From contig CAVYHV010000014.1 of the NCBI GenBank assembly GCA_963768425.1, positions 160,001 to 224,000 on the forward strand: DNA of 64,000 bases. Direction: 5' to 3'. This document shows positions 31,701 through 41,873 of this stretch, piece after piece. Both the position numbers and the translations under genes were made by a program. Numbering within the stretch: the stretch's first letter is position 1; each line of letters opens with the position of its first letter. Below the pieces are notes generated by a model. That model was given only the letters and a program-made list of their open reading frames with translations. It searched no databases and was not told the origin of the DNA. The stretch comes from Candidatus Bathyarchaeota archaeon (GTDB taxonomy: Archaea; Thermoproteota; Bathyarchaeia; Bathyarchaeales; Bathycorpusculaceae).

Positions 31701-31737
31701 CTATTTTAAGATGTGTGACTGTGAACAAACAGCTACA
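31701..31737 (-). promoter_or_regulatory. Dyad + TATA promoter element, copy 9
   Basis: TGTAGCTGT TTGTTC ACAGTCACA CA TCTTAAAATAG; 35 nt before ATG 31666. Confidence 0.88.
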
Positions 31738-31779
31738 GTTTCATCACTTTCTCTTTATACTAAGATTAATCTATTAGGC

Positions 31780-31905
31780 CTATCTTGACTTTTGTCTTTC
31801 AGCCCTATCAAGTTTCTTCTTCTTGCGGGCATCTTCTCGCTCTTTCTTTTTTCGAGGCTGAGGTTTTCCCCGATCTTGTTCGCCTGTTTCTCCTTTCTTA
31901 CTCAT
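31780..31905 (-). CDS. 41-aa highly basic protein
   Basis: Manual translation MSKKGETGEQDRGKPQPRKKKEREDARKKKKLDRAERQKSR; AGGAG SD. Confidence 0.6.
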   Translation of the reverse strand: MSKKGETGEQDRGKPQPRKKKEREDARKKKKLDRAERQKSR

Positions 31906-32062
31906 CTAACAATCTCCTTATGATGAAGAAACGGCTGTAAGCTTTGCAATCCCGTTTCTTTTCTTTTGTAATTTAAGTGAATACAGTTTTTTATGAGTTG
32001 TGGCGAAAAGAATCCCTAAGAGCCCAGAAAAACCAAAAAAGAACGTACAATACAAAAGAAAG

Positions 32063-33022
32063 CTAAGAATAAGTTCTTTGATCTGGCAACTCGAGATTTA
32101 GCTGCATTTTCAGCAGCTTGTATCTATTTCTAACGGTAACTTCGGTGACTCCAGCAGCCTCCGCAACCTCTTTTTGCGTTATCTTTTCATTATTTTGAAG
32201 ACAAGCTATGTAGAGTGCCGCTGCAGCCAGGCCCATGGGATCTTTGCCTGCCGAAAATCGTTTTCGTCTAGCATCTGCAAGTATTGTTATGGCAGCGCCC
32301 TGTGTTTTGCCTGAAATTCCGTTTTTCTCGGCAATTTTTGAGACGTATGTCAGTGGATCAGCAATTGGCATGTGAAAGTCGAGTTCTTGCAACAACAGTC
32401 TATAGCAGCGTGCGACATCTTTCTCATCAACAAGGCTTGCTTCAGCTATTTCGTGCAGGCTTCTGGATGCTCCGCTCTTACGGCAAGCTACATAAATTGA
32501 AGCCGCCATGATAGAGTTAATTGACCTCCCTCTCACTAGGCCTTTGTCTAGTGCTTTGCGGTAGATAATAGCCGATTTTTCTTTAGTCGATCGTGGAATG
32601 GAAACTTTACTTGATAAACGTTCCAGTTCAGACATTGCCTGTGCAAGGTTTCGATCGATAGATGAATGCACTCGGCTGCGTATTTGCCATTTCCTAAGAC
32701 GCCACATCTGCAATCTAGTGGAAAGAGGCAGTTTCCTTCCGAATGCATCTCTGTCAACTTGGCTGATCGCAGTGGATAATCCTTTATCATGAACTGAATA
32801 TGATGTTGGCATACCGACGCGGCTTCTTGACGCTTTTTCTTCTTGTGTAAAAGCGCGCCATTCGGGGCCTTTATCTAACATCTGATCGTACAAAACAAGA
32901 CCACAATCGCCACAAATGGTTTCGCCTGTGCCGCAGTCATGGATAAGATTATTGCTTGCGCATTCAGGACACTTATCAGCTAAGTGACTATGAACTTTTG
33001 GGACTTCTATAGTTACACTCAT
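32063..33022 (-). CDS. tfb: Transcription initiation factor TFB
   Basis: CPEC...CGDCG zinc ribbon, GPEWRAF, LVRGRS, GKDPMGLAAAALY, TQKEVAEAAGVTEVTVRNRY. Confidence 0.97.
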   Translation of the reverse strand: MSVTIEVPKVHSHLADKCPECASNNLIHDCGTGETICGDCGLVLYDQMLDKGPEWRAFTQEEKASRSRVGMPTSYSVHDKGLSTAISQVDRDAFGRKLPLSTRLQMWRLRKWQIRSRVHSSIDRNLAQAMSELERLSSKVSIPRSTKEKSAIIYRKALDKGLVRGRSINSIMAASIYVACRKSGASRSLHEIAEASLVDEKDVARCYRLLLQELDFHMPIADPLTYVSKIAEKNGISGKTQGAAITILADARRKRFSAGKDPMGLAAAALYIACLQNNEKITQKEVAEAAGVTEVTVRNRYKLLKMQLNLELPDQRTYS

Positions 33023-33390
33023 GATTTAATCCCTGTTTATTTGCCCAGAATCGTCACTGAATCACTTAATGCCCTTCAAAGCTTAGAAAAGTGATAATGC
33101 GATCCTCGCATTCTAACTACGTGTAGATACATCTATTATAAAGGACTTTGCTATCAAATAACAAGATTTGGCATGCCACTACTAGCATCCGGCCTACAGC
33201 GCGGCTGAGAAAACGAGACATGCTACTGAACTGTGTATTCTTTTGATTAGCTTGCGAAATTCAAAAAACATTGAAAAACCAACCGGACGTCTGCAGACAA
33301 AAAGCCGCTTTAGAGTATTTACCCGGTAGTTTTCTAACATAATTCTTAATTACTGCGTCTTCATTGGGTTTGGCTTGAGGAATTTAAAAA

Positions 33391-34458
33391 ATGGTTAAGA
33401 TGGATTTCGGTGGCGTCAAGGAAGATGTCATCACCCGTAAAGAGTTTACAGTGGCGCAAGCCCAAAAAATCCTTAAAGACGAAGTTGTCGTCTCACTTGG
33501 CTATGGCATTCAAGGTCAAGCCCAATCACTGAACATGAGAGACAATGGTGTAAAAGTAATAATTGGACAAGAAAAAGAAGGCGTATTCAAAAAAGAATGG
33601 GACAAGGCAATTGCAGACGGCTGGAAACCAGGCGAAAACCTCTTCCCTATGGAAGAAGCAGCCAAAAAAGGCACTATCAAAATGTACCTACTTACGGACT
33701 CAGCGCAAAAAGCAGTATGGCCAAAAATCAAAGCAACCCTCAAAAAGGGAGACGCGTTATACTTCAGCCACGGCTTTAGCATCGTCTACAAGGAACAAAC
33801 CGGCGTTATCCCGCCCAAAGACATAGACGTTATACTTGTTGCACCAAAAGGCTCAGGTACATCAGTGCGCAGAAACTTCGTCGACGGCAGCGGCATAAAC
33901 TGCAGCTTCGCTGTCCACCAAGACGCAACTGGCAAAGCGATGGATCGAGCCAAAGCAATGGGCATCGCCATCGGCGCAGGGTATCTGTTTCCAACCACAT
34001 TTGAAAAAGAAGTTTACAGCGACCTTACAGGCGAACGCGGCACACTAATGGGCGCACTCGCAGGAATACTCGAAGCACAGTATAATACCCTTCGTGCGCA
34101 TGGTCATAGCCCAAGTGAAGCATTTAACGAAAGCGTCGAAGAACTTACCCAGAGTCTTATCCGCTTAGTTGATGAGAACGGCATGGACTGGATGTACTGC
34201 AACTGCAGCGAAACCGCTCGCATCGGCGCCCTACGCTGGAGACCACGCTTCCGAGAAGCAACCCAACCGGTATTCGACTCACTTTACGAGCTTGTCGCTG
34301 CAGGTGAAGAAACACGCATCGTGCTGGAAAAGAGCAAGGCGCCAGACTACCGCCAAAAACTCGCCGATGAACTCAAGGAAATGGGCAACAGCGAAATGTG
34401 GCGCGCAGGCGCAACCGTCCGTTCGCTACGACCGAGAAAACAGAAGAAGCAAGAATAA
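33391..34458 (+). CDS. ilvC: Ketol-acid reductoisomerase
   Basis: GYGIQGQAQSLNMRD, FSHGF, VAPKGSG, SDLTGERGTLMG. Confidence 0.97.
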   Translation: MVKMDFGGVKEDVITRKEFTVAQAQKILKDEVVVSLGYGIQGQAQSLNMRDNGVKVIIGQEKEGVFKKEWDKAIADGWKPGENLFPMEEAAKKGTIKMYLLTDSAQKAVWPKIKATLKKGDALYFSHGFSIVYKEQTGVIPPKDIDVILVAPKGSGTSVRRNFVDGSGINCSFAVHQDATGKAMDRAKAMGIAIGAGYLFPTTFEKEVYSDLTGERGTLMGALAGILEAQYNTLRAHGHSPSEAFNESVEELTQSLIRLVDENGMDWMYCNCSETARIGALRWRPRFREATQPVFDSLYELVAAGEETRIVLEKSKAPDYRQKLADELKEMGNSEMWRAGATVRSLRPRKQKKQE

Positions 34459-34596
34459 GCTTCTCTCTATTTCTTTAATTTTCGTTTTGTAATTTTCGAT
34501 AAGTTTAGACTATAATATAGATTATAAAAAATATGAAAAAAAGATTCAGCCCTAAAATTTTAGAGCCAAAAACGCTCTATTATGTACTCTGTGGTT

Positions 34597-34725
34597 TTAG
34601 AGCCATGATTTAGAAAGGATTTTTTTGCAGGTGCTGCAAATTGTGTAAATCTCTTGCTCGTTTTTTATGAGCAGTTCGGTCTCTGCCGTGGATTTGCAAT
34701 TTGGGCAAACGTCATTATGTAACAT
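34597..34725 (-). CDS. 42-aa C4 zinc-ribbon microprotein
   Basis: Manual translation MLHNDVCPNCKSTAETELLIKNEQEIYTICSTCKKILSKSWL; GGAG SD. Confidence 0.6.
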   Translation of the reverse strand: MLHNDVCPNCKSTAETELLIKNEQEIYTICSTCKKILSKSWL

Positions 34726-34981
34726 ATATTCATCTCCGATTTACTTTAGGCAGGTGTGACATGAACCAAAAATTTGAGTTTCAGCGTGGCTTATTGCGTT
34801 AACAGTAAGGACACAAAACCAGTTTTTGGGTATCTTGTTTACGCTGTCGATTATCAGATAAGTCGCTTGGCTAAAATATATCTATTTCCCAACAGTTTTC
34901 CATGCTTTTTCAAAAGAAGAACGTAAAATCAAGTGGCTGTATTTTCAAAATCTTCTTATCGTTTCACTTTTTTTGGATGAA

Positions 34982-35563
34982 CTAATTTTTTATACCTGAA
35001 GACAACGCTTCCTAAACAACCGGGCAAAAATGATTTCAATTACTGGCGAACAATGGGTATGAGTTACAGAAAAGAAGATTCGGTTATCGTAAAGAAAAAT
35101 GTCGTTAAAATGAGAGTTTATAATAACACAGACCAATGTACGCAAGCGCGGTGGTTGATCAGGAGACCGAAACAGGACACGCTGAATGGAATTACTGCAT
35201 AAAAAAAACTTCTATGTATTTAACATCATCGAAGGAAAAGGAACTTGGTTTATCAAAGTCAAACCATATGATGTTCAAGCAGGAAATCGCTTTGGTCTAT
35301 TCCCCCAATTCCAGATTTTACGTAGCAAACGGAATCTAAAGTATTCAAGTATGCATAACTTCGCCCGCTTGAGGAACCAGACCATGAGTCATCACATCGT
35401 AATCGTAGCTCTTCGGTACAGACAAGAAAAAGACACAACCAACCCAAACGTTAAAACAGAACTCAAGAATCAAGCTTGCGTTTCTTTTCTTTCATTTGCT
35501 TAGGAAGCTAATTTTTTTATACCTGAAGACAACGGTTCCTAAAACACCACGGGACACAGTCTT
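34982..35563 (+). repeat. Imperfect ~43-56 bp direct repeat (34982-35024 and 35508-35563) containing a TATA-like TTTTTATA
   Basis: ctaatttttt(t)atacctgaagacaacg(c/g)ttcctaaa...cggg occurs twice. Confidence 0.75.
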
Positions 35564-36905
35564 GGATTACCTCACAGTCGCAGCAGTAGCCGTCTTCGCA
35601 GCCACGCTTTTCCTAATGATTAAGCGTCCCTTAGGTTTGCGGCTGGGCTACGCGGCTGGAGTCGGCGCCATTGCCTCGCTGATTTTGGGCACGGTTAGTT
35701 TGGGTCAGGCTGCACAGTCCTTCCTCAACATTTGGGATGCGGCGCTGGCGTTCCTCGGCATAGTGGCTTTGTCGGTGACGTTAGATGCGATGGGTTTCTT
35801 TAGGTGGGCTGCCCTGCGGGTGGTAAAGATGACTGGCGGCAGTGGTCTTCGACTTTTCATTTATATTTCCCTTCTCACAGCGGCAGTAAGCATTCTTTTT
35901 GCGAATGACAGCGCAGTTTTGATTTTGACCCCGATCGTTTTGGAAGTTGTAACTTGCCTTGGCATCGATACGAAAGGCAAGCTCGCGTACCTTTTCACCG
36001 CGGGTTTAATGGCGGATACTGCCGCTATGCCTCTTATCACAAGCAACCCAATCAACATTTTGAGCGCTGACTTTTTCAAGTACAGCTTCGTCGACCACTT
36101 AATCTTCATGGGACCTGTAGCTGCCGCGACAATTCTTATCAGTTTACTCCTGTTTTACTTGTTTTTCCGAAAACAGATTCCGAAAGCTTATGACATGTTA
36201 GCTGCTGACACATTAGCCAATGGAAAACCAGTCATTTCAACTCGTCTTTTGAGGATAAGTTTGGTGACGCTGGTTGCAATCGACGTCGGCTACGTGTTGA
36301 CCTCTTTGAATCGGTTCCCAGTTTCAATAGTCATTTGCGGCGGAGCGGCTTTTCTAATCGGGTTTACTGGTTTACGTTGAAGTGGAAGGGTTCGGTGAAC
36401 GGCGAGAAGAAAGGGCTCATGGGGTTGGCAAGGGACATCAACTGGGACATCGTGCTATTCATGTTCAGCATTTTTCTAGTAGTGCAAGGGTCTGGAAACT
36501 GCCGGGATCACAAATCTGCTCGCCTCGGCACTCGTCGCAACAAGCAAGTTGCCCTCCGCGCTGGGAATCTTTGGTCCAAGTATGGTTGTAACCATTGGAG
36601 CCAGCTTCATGAACAATTGGCCCATGACAATCCTCGGGATGCTGAGCATCCAGCACATTGGAGCAACGGGATCCGCTCTGACAGGCTTGATTTTTAGCAA
36701 TATTATCGGAAACAACTTGGGACCCCACTTCTTCCCTCTCGGATCGTTGGCGATAGTGATTTGGCTGGAAACGATGAAGCGGAAAGGCGTCACCATTAGC
36801 CTCAAAGAATACCTCAAAGTGGGCGCCATATTATCGATCGCGCAGGTCGCAGTTGCCTCAGCGGTTCTATGGGCTGAATTAAGCTTGGGATTCCATTTCC
36901 TGTAG
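35496..36905 (+). CDS. ArsB/NhaD-family ion transporter (frameshifted; true start likely downstream of 35496)
   Basis: LFANDSAVLILTP, DTAAMPLITSNPINI, MNNWPMT, GNNLGPHFFPLGSLA. Confidence 0.85.
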
Positions 36906-36937
36906 TTTGAGATAGAAATAGCACGACTAAGAGGCAT

Positions 36938-37961
36938 TTAGCTTGCTGATTATTTCTCGATAAGCCTTTAGCGCTTCTTCTTCGTTGGACACATTTTTTA
37001 TGAGCATGCGTCCGCCGTTAAACAGGCTGACTTCGTACTCTTTGTAGTCAAACATGAGGGCTAAACGGGACTTCAAACTAACCTTAAATTGCTTGTTGAC
37101 GGCTGGGTAAACCTCTTCAAGGTTGAGCTACAGTGGTTTTTCAGGGTTGATGTTCGCGGTGTTTCTTCCGCAAAGCCAAACAAGCCGTTCGCCGCCAGCA
37201 ACCGTAGACAAGTCGCCATGGCAAACTGGACAGCGAGTGCTTTTTGAAATCTCGATCGAGATAAAATCCATGTCGCTAAAATCACAGACCAAAAGTTTAC
37301 CCTTCAAGCTTGAACCAATTCCAGCCAACAATTTGATGGTTTCCATGGCTTGCAGGGCGCCGATTGTTCCCGGCGTTGCTCCGATAACTCCACGGGTAGC
37401 GCACGTAAGCAAGTCGTTGTCGGAGAGGTTCGGCATTAAACACTCCAAGCAACCCGTTTCAGGAGGCGCAAAAACTGAAAGATTTCCCTCAATCCCGATT
37501 GCTGCGCCAAAAACATACGGAATCTTTAGTTTTACACATGCGCGGTTAACCAGGTAGCGGGTCACCATGTTATCTAAGCCGTCAACCACGCAATCTACGC
37601 CCCGCAAAAGCCGTTCCACGTTGCTTGCGTTTACGTTTTCAGTGAAAGCTTCAGCCTTGATGAGGGGGTTGATTTCCTGGAGGCGTTTCGCAGCGATTTC
37701 GGCCTTCGGGTAATGCAGGTCAGCCGGTGTGTATAGGATTTGGCGGTGAAGATTCTGCATTTCAATCGTGTCTTGGTCGATTAAACGGATGTAGCCGACT
37801 CCAGCCAACGCAAGATACAGTGAGGAAACTGTGCCTAACCCGCCTACGCCGACCACTGCAACCTTTGATTTGCAAAGGCGCTGCTGCCCTTTTTCGCCCA
37901 GTTCTTTCATAGTGACTTGACGACTGTAGAATTCTGTAGCGAAGGCTTCTTTGTCTGCCAT
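36938..37961 (-). CDS. moeB: MoeB/ThiF family adenylyltransferase (frameshift near 37130)
   Basis: YSRQ, GVGGLG, NLHRQIL, CLECL, CATRGV, CPVC, WLCGRN. Confidence 0.88.
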
Positions 37962-38393
37962 ATTATTGACTGTTCCCAGATTGAATTTTGTTTCTGGTGG
38001 TATATTTGCCTTTAATCAGCAAAGCCCAGTAAACTACTTTTCAATTGTCGTATTTGAATGTGACTCGCTGTTAGTTGGGTTGCGCCGGAAATTGAGTGCG
38101 AAAACGGGTGTTATTTGGAAAAAAGTTTAAGTGGAAAGTTGTCATAAAAAAATATTGTTACTATTAACAGTAGTAGCTAACGAGACAAGAGAAAAGAGCA
38201 AAAAAAACCAACCAAACACAAATCACAGTCACCCGCAAAGCCGCCGCCAGCAAAAAGCCATACCCAATCCCCAACTCAACTCTTTTCTCCTTTCAAGAGT
38301 TGAAACTCCTTGCCCAATGGGAGTTCCACTCTGGCGGCGGCAGCATTAACAGTGGAAAGGAACTCTTTAGCAAAGAGATGAAGTTTTGGCGGA

Positions 38394-40083
38394 TTACGCG
38401 TATTTGCCTTTTTGCAGAAACTGCTTTTCGTAAATTTCCTTGACCCTGATTGATGGTGTCGGCTTCTTGCGGCGTTTTGTCGTCTCGGATTCGGCTTATG
38501 CGGGCGAAGCGCAGTGCCATTTGGCTTCTGTATTTGGGCTGAATTGGACTTCGTTGTAAGCCACTTCGACGACGATTTTCGGAATAACGATTACCCGATG
38601 ACCCTCCTCGGCGATTACAGACTCTTTTAGTTGCCGCGTCATCTCGATTATTTCAGCGTCTGTTAAACCCTTGAAAGTTTTCCCCAACTTCCAAGAACCC
38701 GCCGGTCTCTGGGTCTCTTGCCGCAAGGTAGTAGTCAGAAAGCCAGCCTTTCCTTCGCCCGTAGCCGTATTCGGCTGCTGTTATCACGAGGTCTAAAGGT
38801 TCAAGCACGGTTTTGATTTTCAGCCACTTTTTTCCACGGCTTCCCGGTGTGTAGGGACTGTCAAGCTTCTTCGCCATCAAACCCTCATGACCTGCTGCTA
38901 TGGCTTCTTTAAGGAAACCCTCGGCTTCCCCAGCTTTTTCAGTGACGATTTGCTTGCTTAACGGGATTTGACCTGTGTTTTCTGCGAGGATTTGCCTGCG
39001 CGCCGTGTAGGGTAACGCGATCAGGCTGGAGCCGTTCAAGTAGAGTATGTCGAAGAGGTAGAGGGTTAAAGGAATTTTCTTTGCCATGTCCGGATACGTC
39101 GCGGACTCGTTTGAAGCGACGCATCAAATGTTGAAAAGCAATAGGGTAGCCAGCGCTGTTGAGCGCGACAACTTCGCCTTCAACTATGGCTGATTGCGCC
39201 TTAATGTTAAGATTCACAGTTTCAACGATTTCTGGAAGGCTTTCCGTAACGTTGGTTAATCTTCGACTGAAAATTTTAACCCTGCCGTTTTGCTTGTGAA
39301 TTTGAACCCTTGCCCCGTCATACTTGTATTCAAAAGCCGTTTTGCAACCCTGCGTATCCAACGCTTCTTTCACGGTTTCGGCGGTTTGGGCAAGCATAAG
39401 TTTAACAGGTCTGAAAACATTGAAGGCTGCTTTTTCTAAACCCTCGACTCCTTGGCTTTTCAGGGTCGCAGCTACTTCGCCTATGTCGCCTAAAACCATG
39501 CTTGCACGTTGCACACGCGCTACGGAACCTGGAAGGCTTTTGCAACGGCTTGCTCCATTAAGCCCTCTTGAAGCCCTGTGCGCATCTCGCCTGTGAAAAT
39601 TTTGACCAGGTACTTGACTTCAACCGGAGTAGCTTGGCTAAGCAAAGCGGTGATTAGGTGTTCTTTTCGGTTTCTTGCGCCTGTCCCGGAGGTTTGAGCG
39701 ATTGCTTCCAGTGCCCGCTTAACTTCGGCTATGGTCAGCGAGGTTTCGGTTAGCTGGGTTTGCTTTTTGGTTTTTGTTTTTTCGAGAACAGTTTTTGTTG
39801 CTGAGCCTATGTCGCCTGTGCTTGCCATCGCTTGGCGAAAAAGGTTCCAGTCGAATTCACTGACGCATTCGAGAACTCGAGTCAGAGTTGACCAGTTGAC
39901 GTCAAGCGTTTTTTGGCTGTATTTGGGGAAAGCTCTTCCAACCATCATGTTCGTGGCGGGTTCAATCTCTTCCTCGTCAAGCGTTCGTAGGAAGTTTGCG
40001 GTTAAATCTATGATTTCAAGCCGTTTTCTTGTGGCTTCAACTTTTTCAAGCAGTTCGGACAGGGATTTGAAAGATGCAGGCAT
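38394..40083 (-). CDS. lig: ATP-dependent DNA ligase (several frameshifts)
   Basis: EYKYDGARVQIHK, EGLMAKK, WLKIK, MALRFARI. Confidence 0.95.
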
Positions 40084-40236
40084 AACTTGAACCTAAAATG
40101 CTGTATCAAAAGGAGTCTTTTCGCTGCTTATTTAATTGTTCATTAGGTCCATTGAGAGCGACCCCTAGTTTGACGAAGTCTGCTTCTTTTCGATAAACCA
40201 CAAAACTAATAACAGAACACTGATGCCTACAGCTGA

Positions 40237-40839
40237 ATGGGAAAAGCAACGAAAACCGCGCGTTTAAGAGAAAAAACGCTTGCTGAAATAAAACATTCTA
40301 AGCAAACAACATTTGACAACTTGCCCACCATAAAAGAGAACCCAGCCAAACACCAAAACAATAAGCACATAATAATTTCAGAGATTGACAATGAAACCAA
40401 AGAAGATGATTTGGACCTTAAAGTTGCTTTTCGATTGGTTCCCTCTAGAGCATCCTTTTCAAAAGTGTTTGTGGAGCTGTTTTTTGATGGGCAAAAACTG
40501 CATTGCTGCCCTGTTCGTATCCCGCAGGGTGCGCTTTCAGCGGATGAGCTTGAATGGTCCGCGGCTTTAGACATGAGGGGGATAGATGCCGGGCAGCATA
40601 TCATTCGGGCTGAAATGTTTGAGCTTTGGGATTCTGAAGAAAAACTCACCCTCGTCTCCAAAGAAGTAACCATAAATTACGTTCCCGTCCGCAAACAAGA
40701 TAGATACATAAAAATTCCAATCGTGAAAAAACTTGCAGGTGAAGACTTAAAAGTTGTTTCGGAGCCTACAAGAGACGTTTACCGGGAAATTGAAAAAGAA
40801 CAAAAAGAAGAATTATTGAACAAACGAGACGAATGGTAA
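40237..40839 (+). CDS. Hypothetical protein
   Basis: 200-aa ORF ending KRDEW. Confidence 0.6.
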   Translation: MGKATKTARLREKTLAEIKHSKQTTFDNLPTIKENPAKHQNNKHIIISEIDNETKEDDLDLKVAFRLVPSRASFSKVFVELFFDGQKLHCCPVRIPQGALSADELEWSAALDMRGIDAGQHIIRAEMFELWDSEEKLTLVSKEVTINYVPVRKQDRYIKIPIVKKLAGEDLKVVSEPTRDVYREIEKEQKEELLNKRDEW

Positions 40840-40870
40840 ATGTGTTTCAAAGACCTGACCAATTTGCGGC

Positions 40871-41173
40871 ATGGCAAAATATAATATCTTCTTCGTTCGA
40901 AAGGTGTTAGTTCTCGAGGAGAGAGGAAAGATTAAGCCGCTGAACCAAGTAACCAAAGATCGCTTAGTTGTCATCGGATTGCTAGCTTTGGAAGTGGGAT
41001 TTGTTTATAATGTGGTGATTAATTTTTACCATTACTTAGTTAAAGGAATGCTCTACAATTTGGTGCTTGGAGTTCTCGCGACTCTCGGAACCGTAGTTTT
41101 ATTTGTGTACTTAATCGTAATTTTGGTAAGCTATCTGGATAAAAGAAAAGTCTTAAAAAGCTTTCAAAAATAA
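40871..41173 (+). CDS. Hypothetical two-TM protein
   Basis: Two hydrophobic segments. Confidence 0.5.
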   Translation: MAKYNIFFVRKVLVLEERGKIKPLNQVTKDRLVVIGLLALEVGFVYNVVINFYHYLVKGMLYNLVLGVLATLGTVVLFVYLIVILVSYLDKRKVLKSFQK

Positions 41174-41217
41174 AACCAAAAAAAGAAAAAATGCTTTGGG
41201 GGGGTGGCTATGTGCTA

Positions 41218-41619
41218 TTAGGAGAATATGGAGAAGGATGATTCGCCTTCGGGCTCTTTTTGTTTGTCGTTGAATTCCTTGATTCTTTTGTTAAGCTCTT
41301 CCACTTCTTTGGTGTTGCCTAAAGCTTTTTGGCTGTCCCGTGCTTGTTCAAGCGCGCTGACTCCGTATCGGTCAAATCCCTTGCCGAAAGCTACATCCGC
41401 AGATTTCATGAAGAGCTCCGCAGCTTTCTGATAATCTTTTAGTTGGAAGCTACATTCACCAGCTTTATAGTTCATTTCGGCTGAGCCAAAGTAGTTTTGT
41501 CCTTTGTAGTACAGGTCCGCCACTTTCATGAAAAGGTCGCGGGCTTCGGCGTAGTTGCCGTTTTCCATCAACGCGTTTGCGTCTTTGTGAAGTTTAATTG
41601 GATCGTCTCTTACGCTCAT
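41218..41619 (-). CDS. TPR/alpha-SNAP-like helical repeat protein
   Basis: YAEARDLFMKVADLY, YKAGEC, YQKAAELFMKSAD. Confidence 0.75.
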   Translation of the reverse strand: MSVRDDPIKLHKDANALMENGNYAEARDLFMKVADLYYKGQNYFGSAEMNYKAGECSFQLKDYQKAAELFMKSADVAFGKGFDRYGVSALEQARDSQKALGNTKEVEELNKRIKEFNDKQKEPEGESSFSIFS

Positions 41620-41873
41620 GACTTATCACAGGCAATATTCTACGGGAACTTCCATTTAGATTTTCCTCCTTGGGCATGACTGCTCATAAAAAGCAAACGA
41701 AAAATTTTAGGCGGCAACACCCTAATTGAACGCTGTTCATAAAATACGAGATCCTCTCTTTAAAATACGCTTTTCATTTTAGGGACAAGCCAGTATAAAT
41801 TGATCGAAAATTTCAATCACAAAAATGCACCACTCAGAGAAACGGTTTTTATCCTTCCTCAGGCATTAGAAGC

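Noticed and set aside
20840-31737. Dyad copies as a CRISPR array or integron-like cassette recombination sites
   Set aside because: Spacing is irregular (0.1-2.5 kb), both orientations occur, no cas or integrase gene is in the window, and the fixed offset to TATA and start codons fits promoters better; not formally excluded
38225-38232. ACAGTCAC half-site here, and a similar ctgtgac near 6443
   Set aside because: Isolated half-sites without the left arm or a correctly spaced TATA
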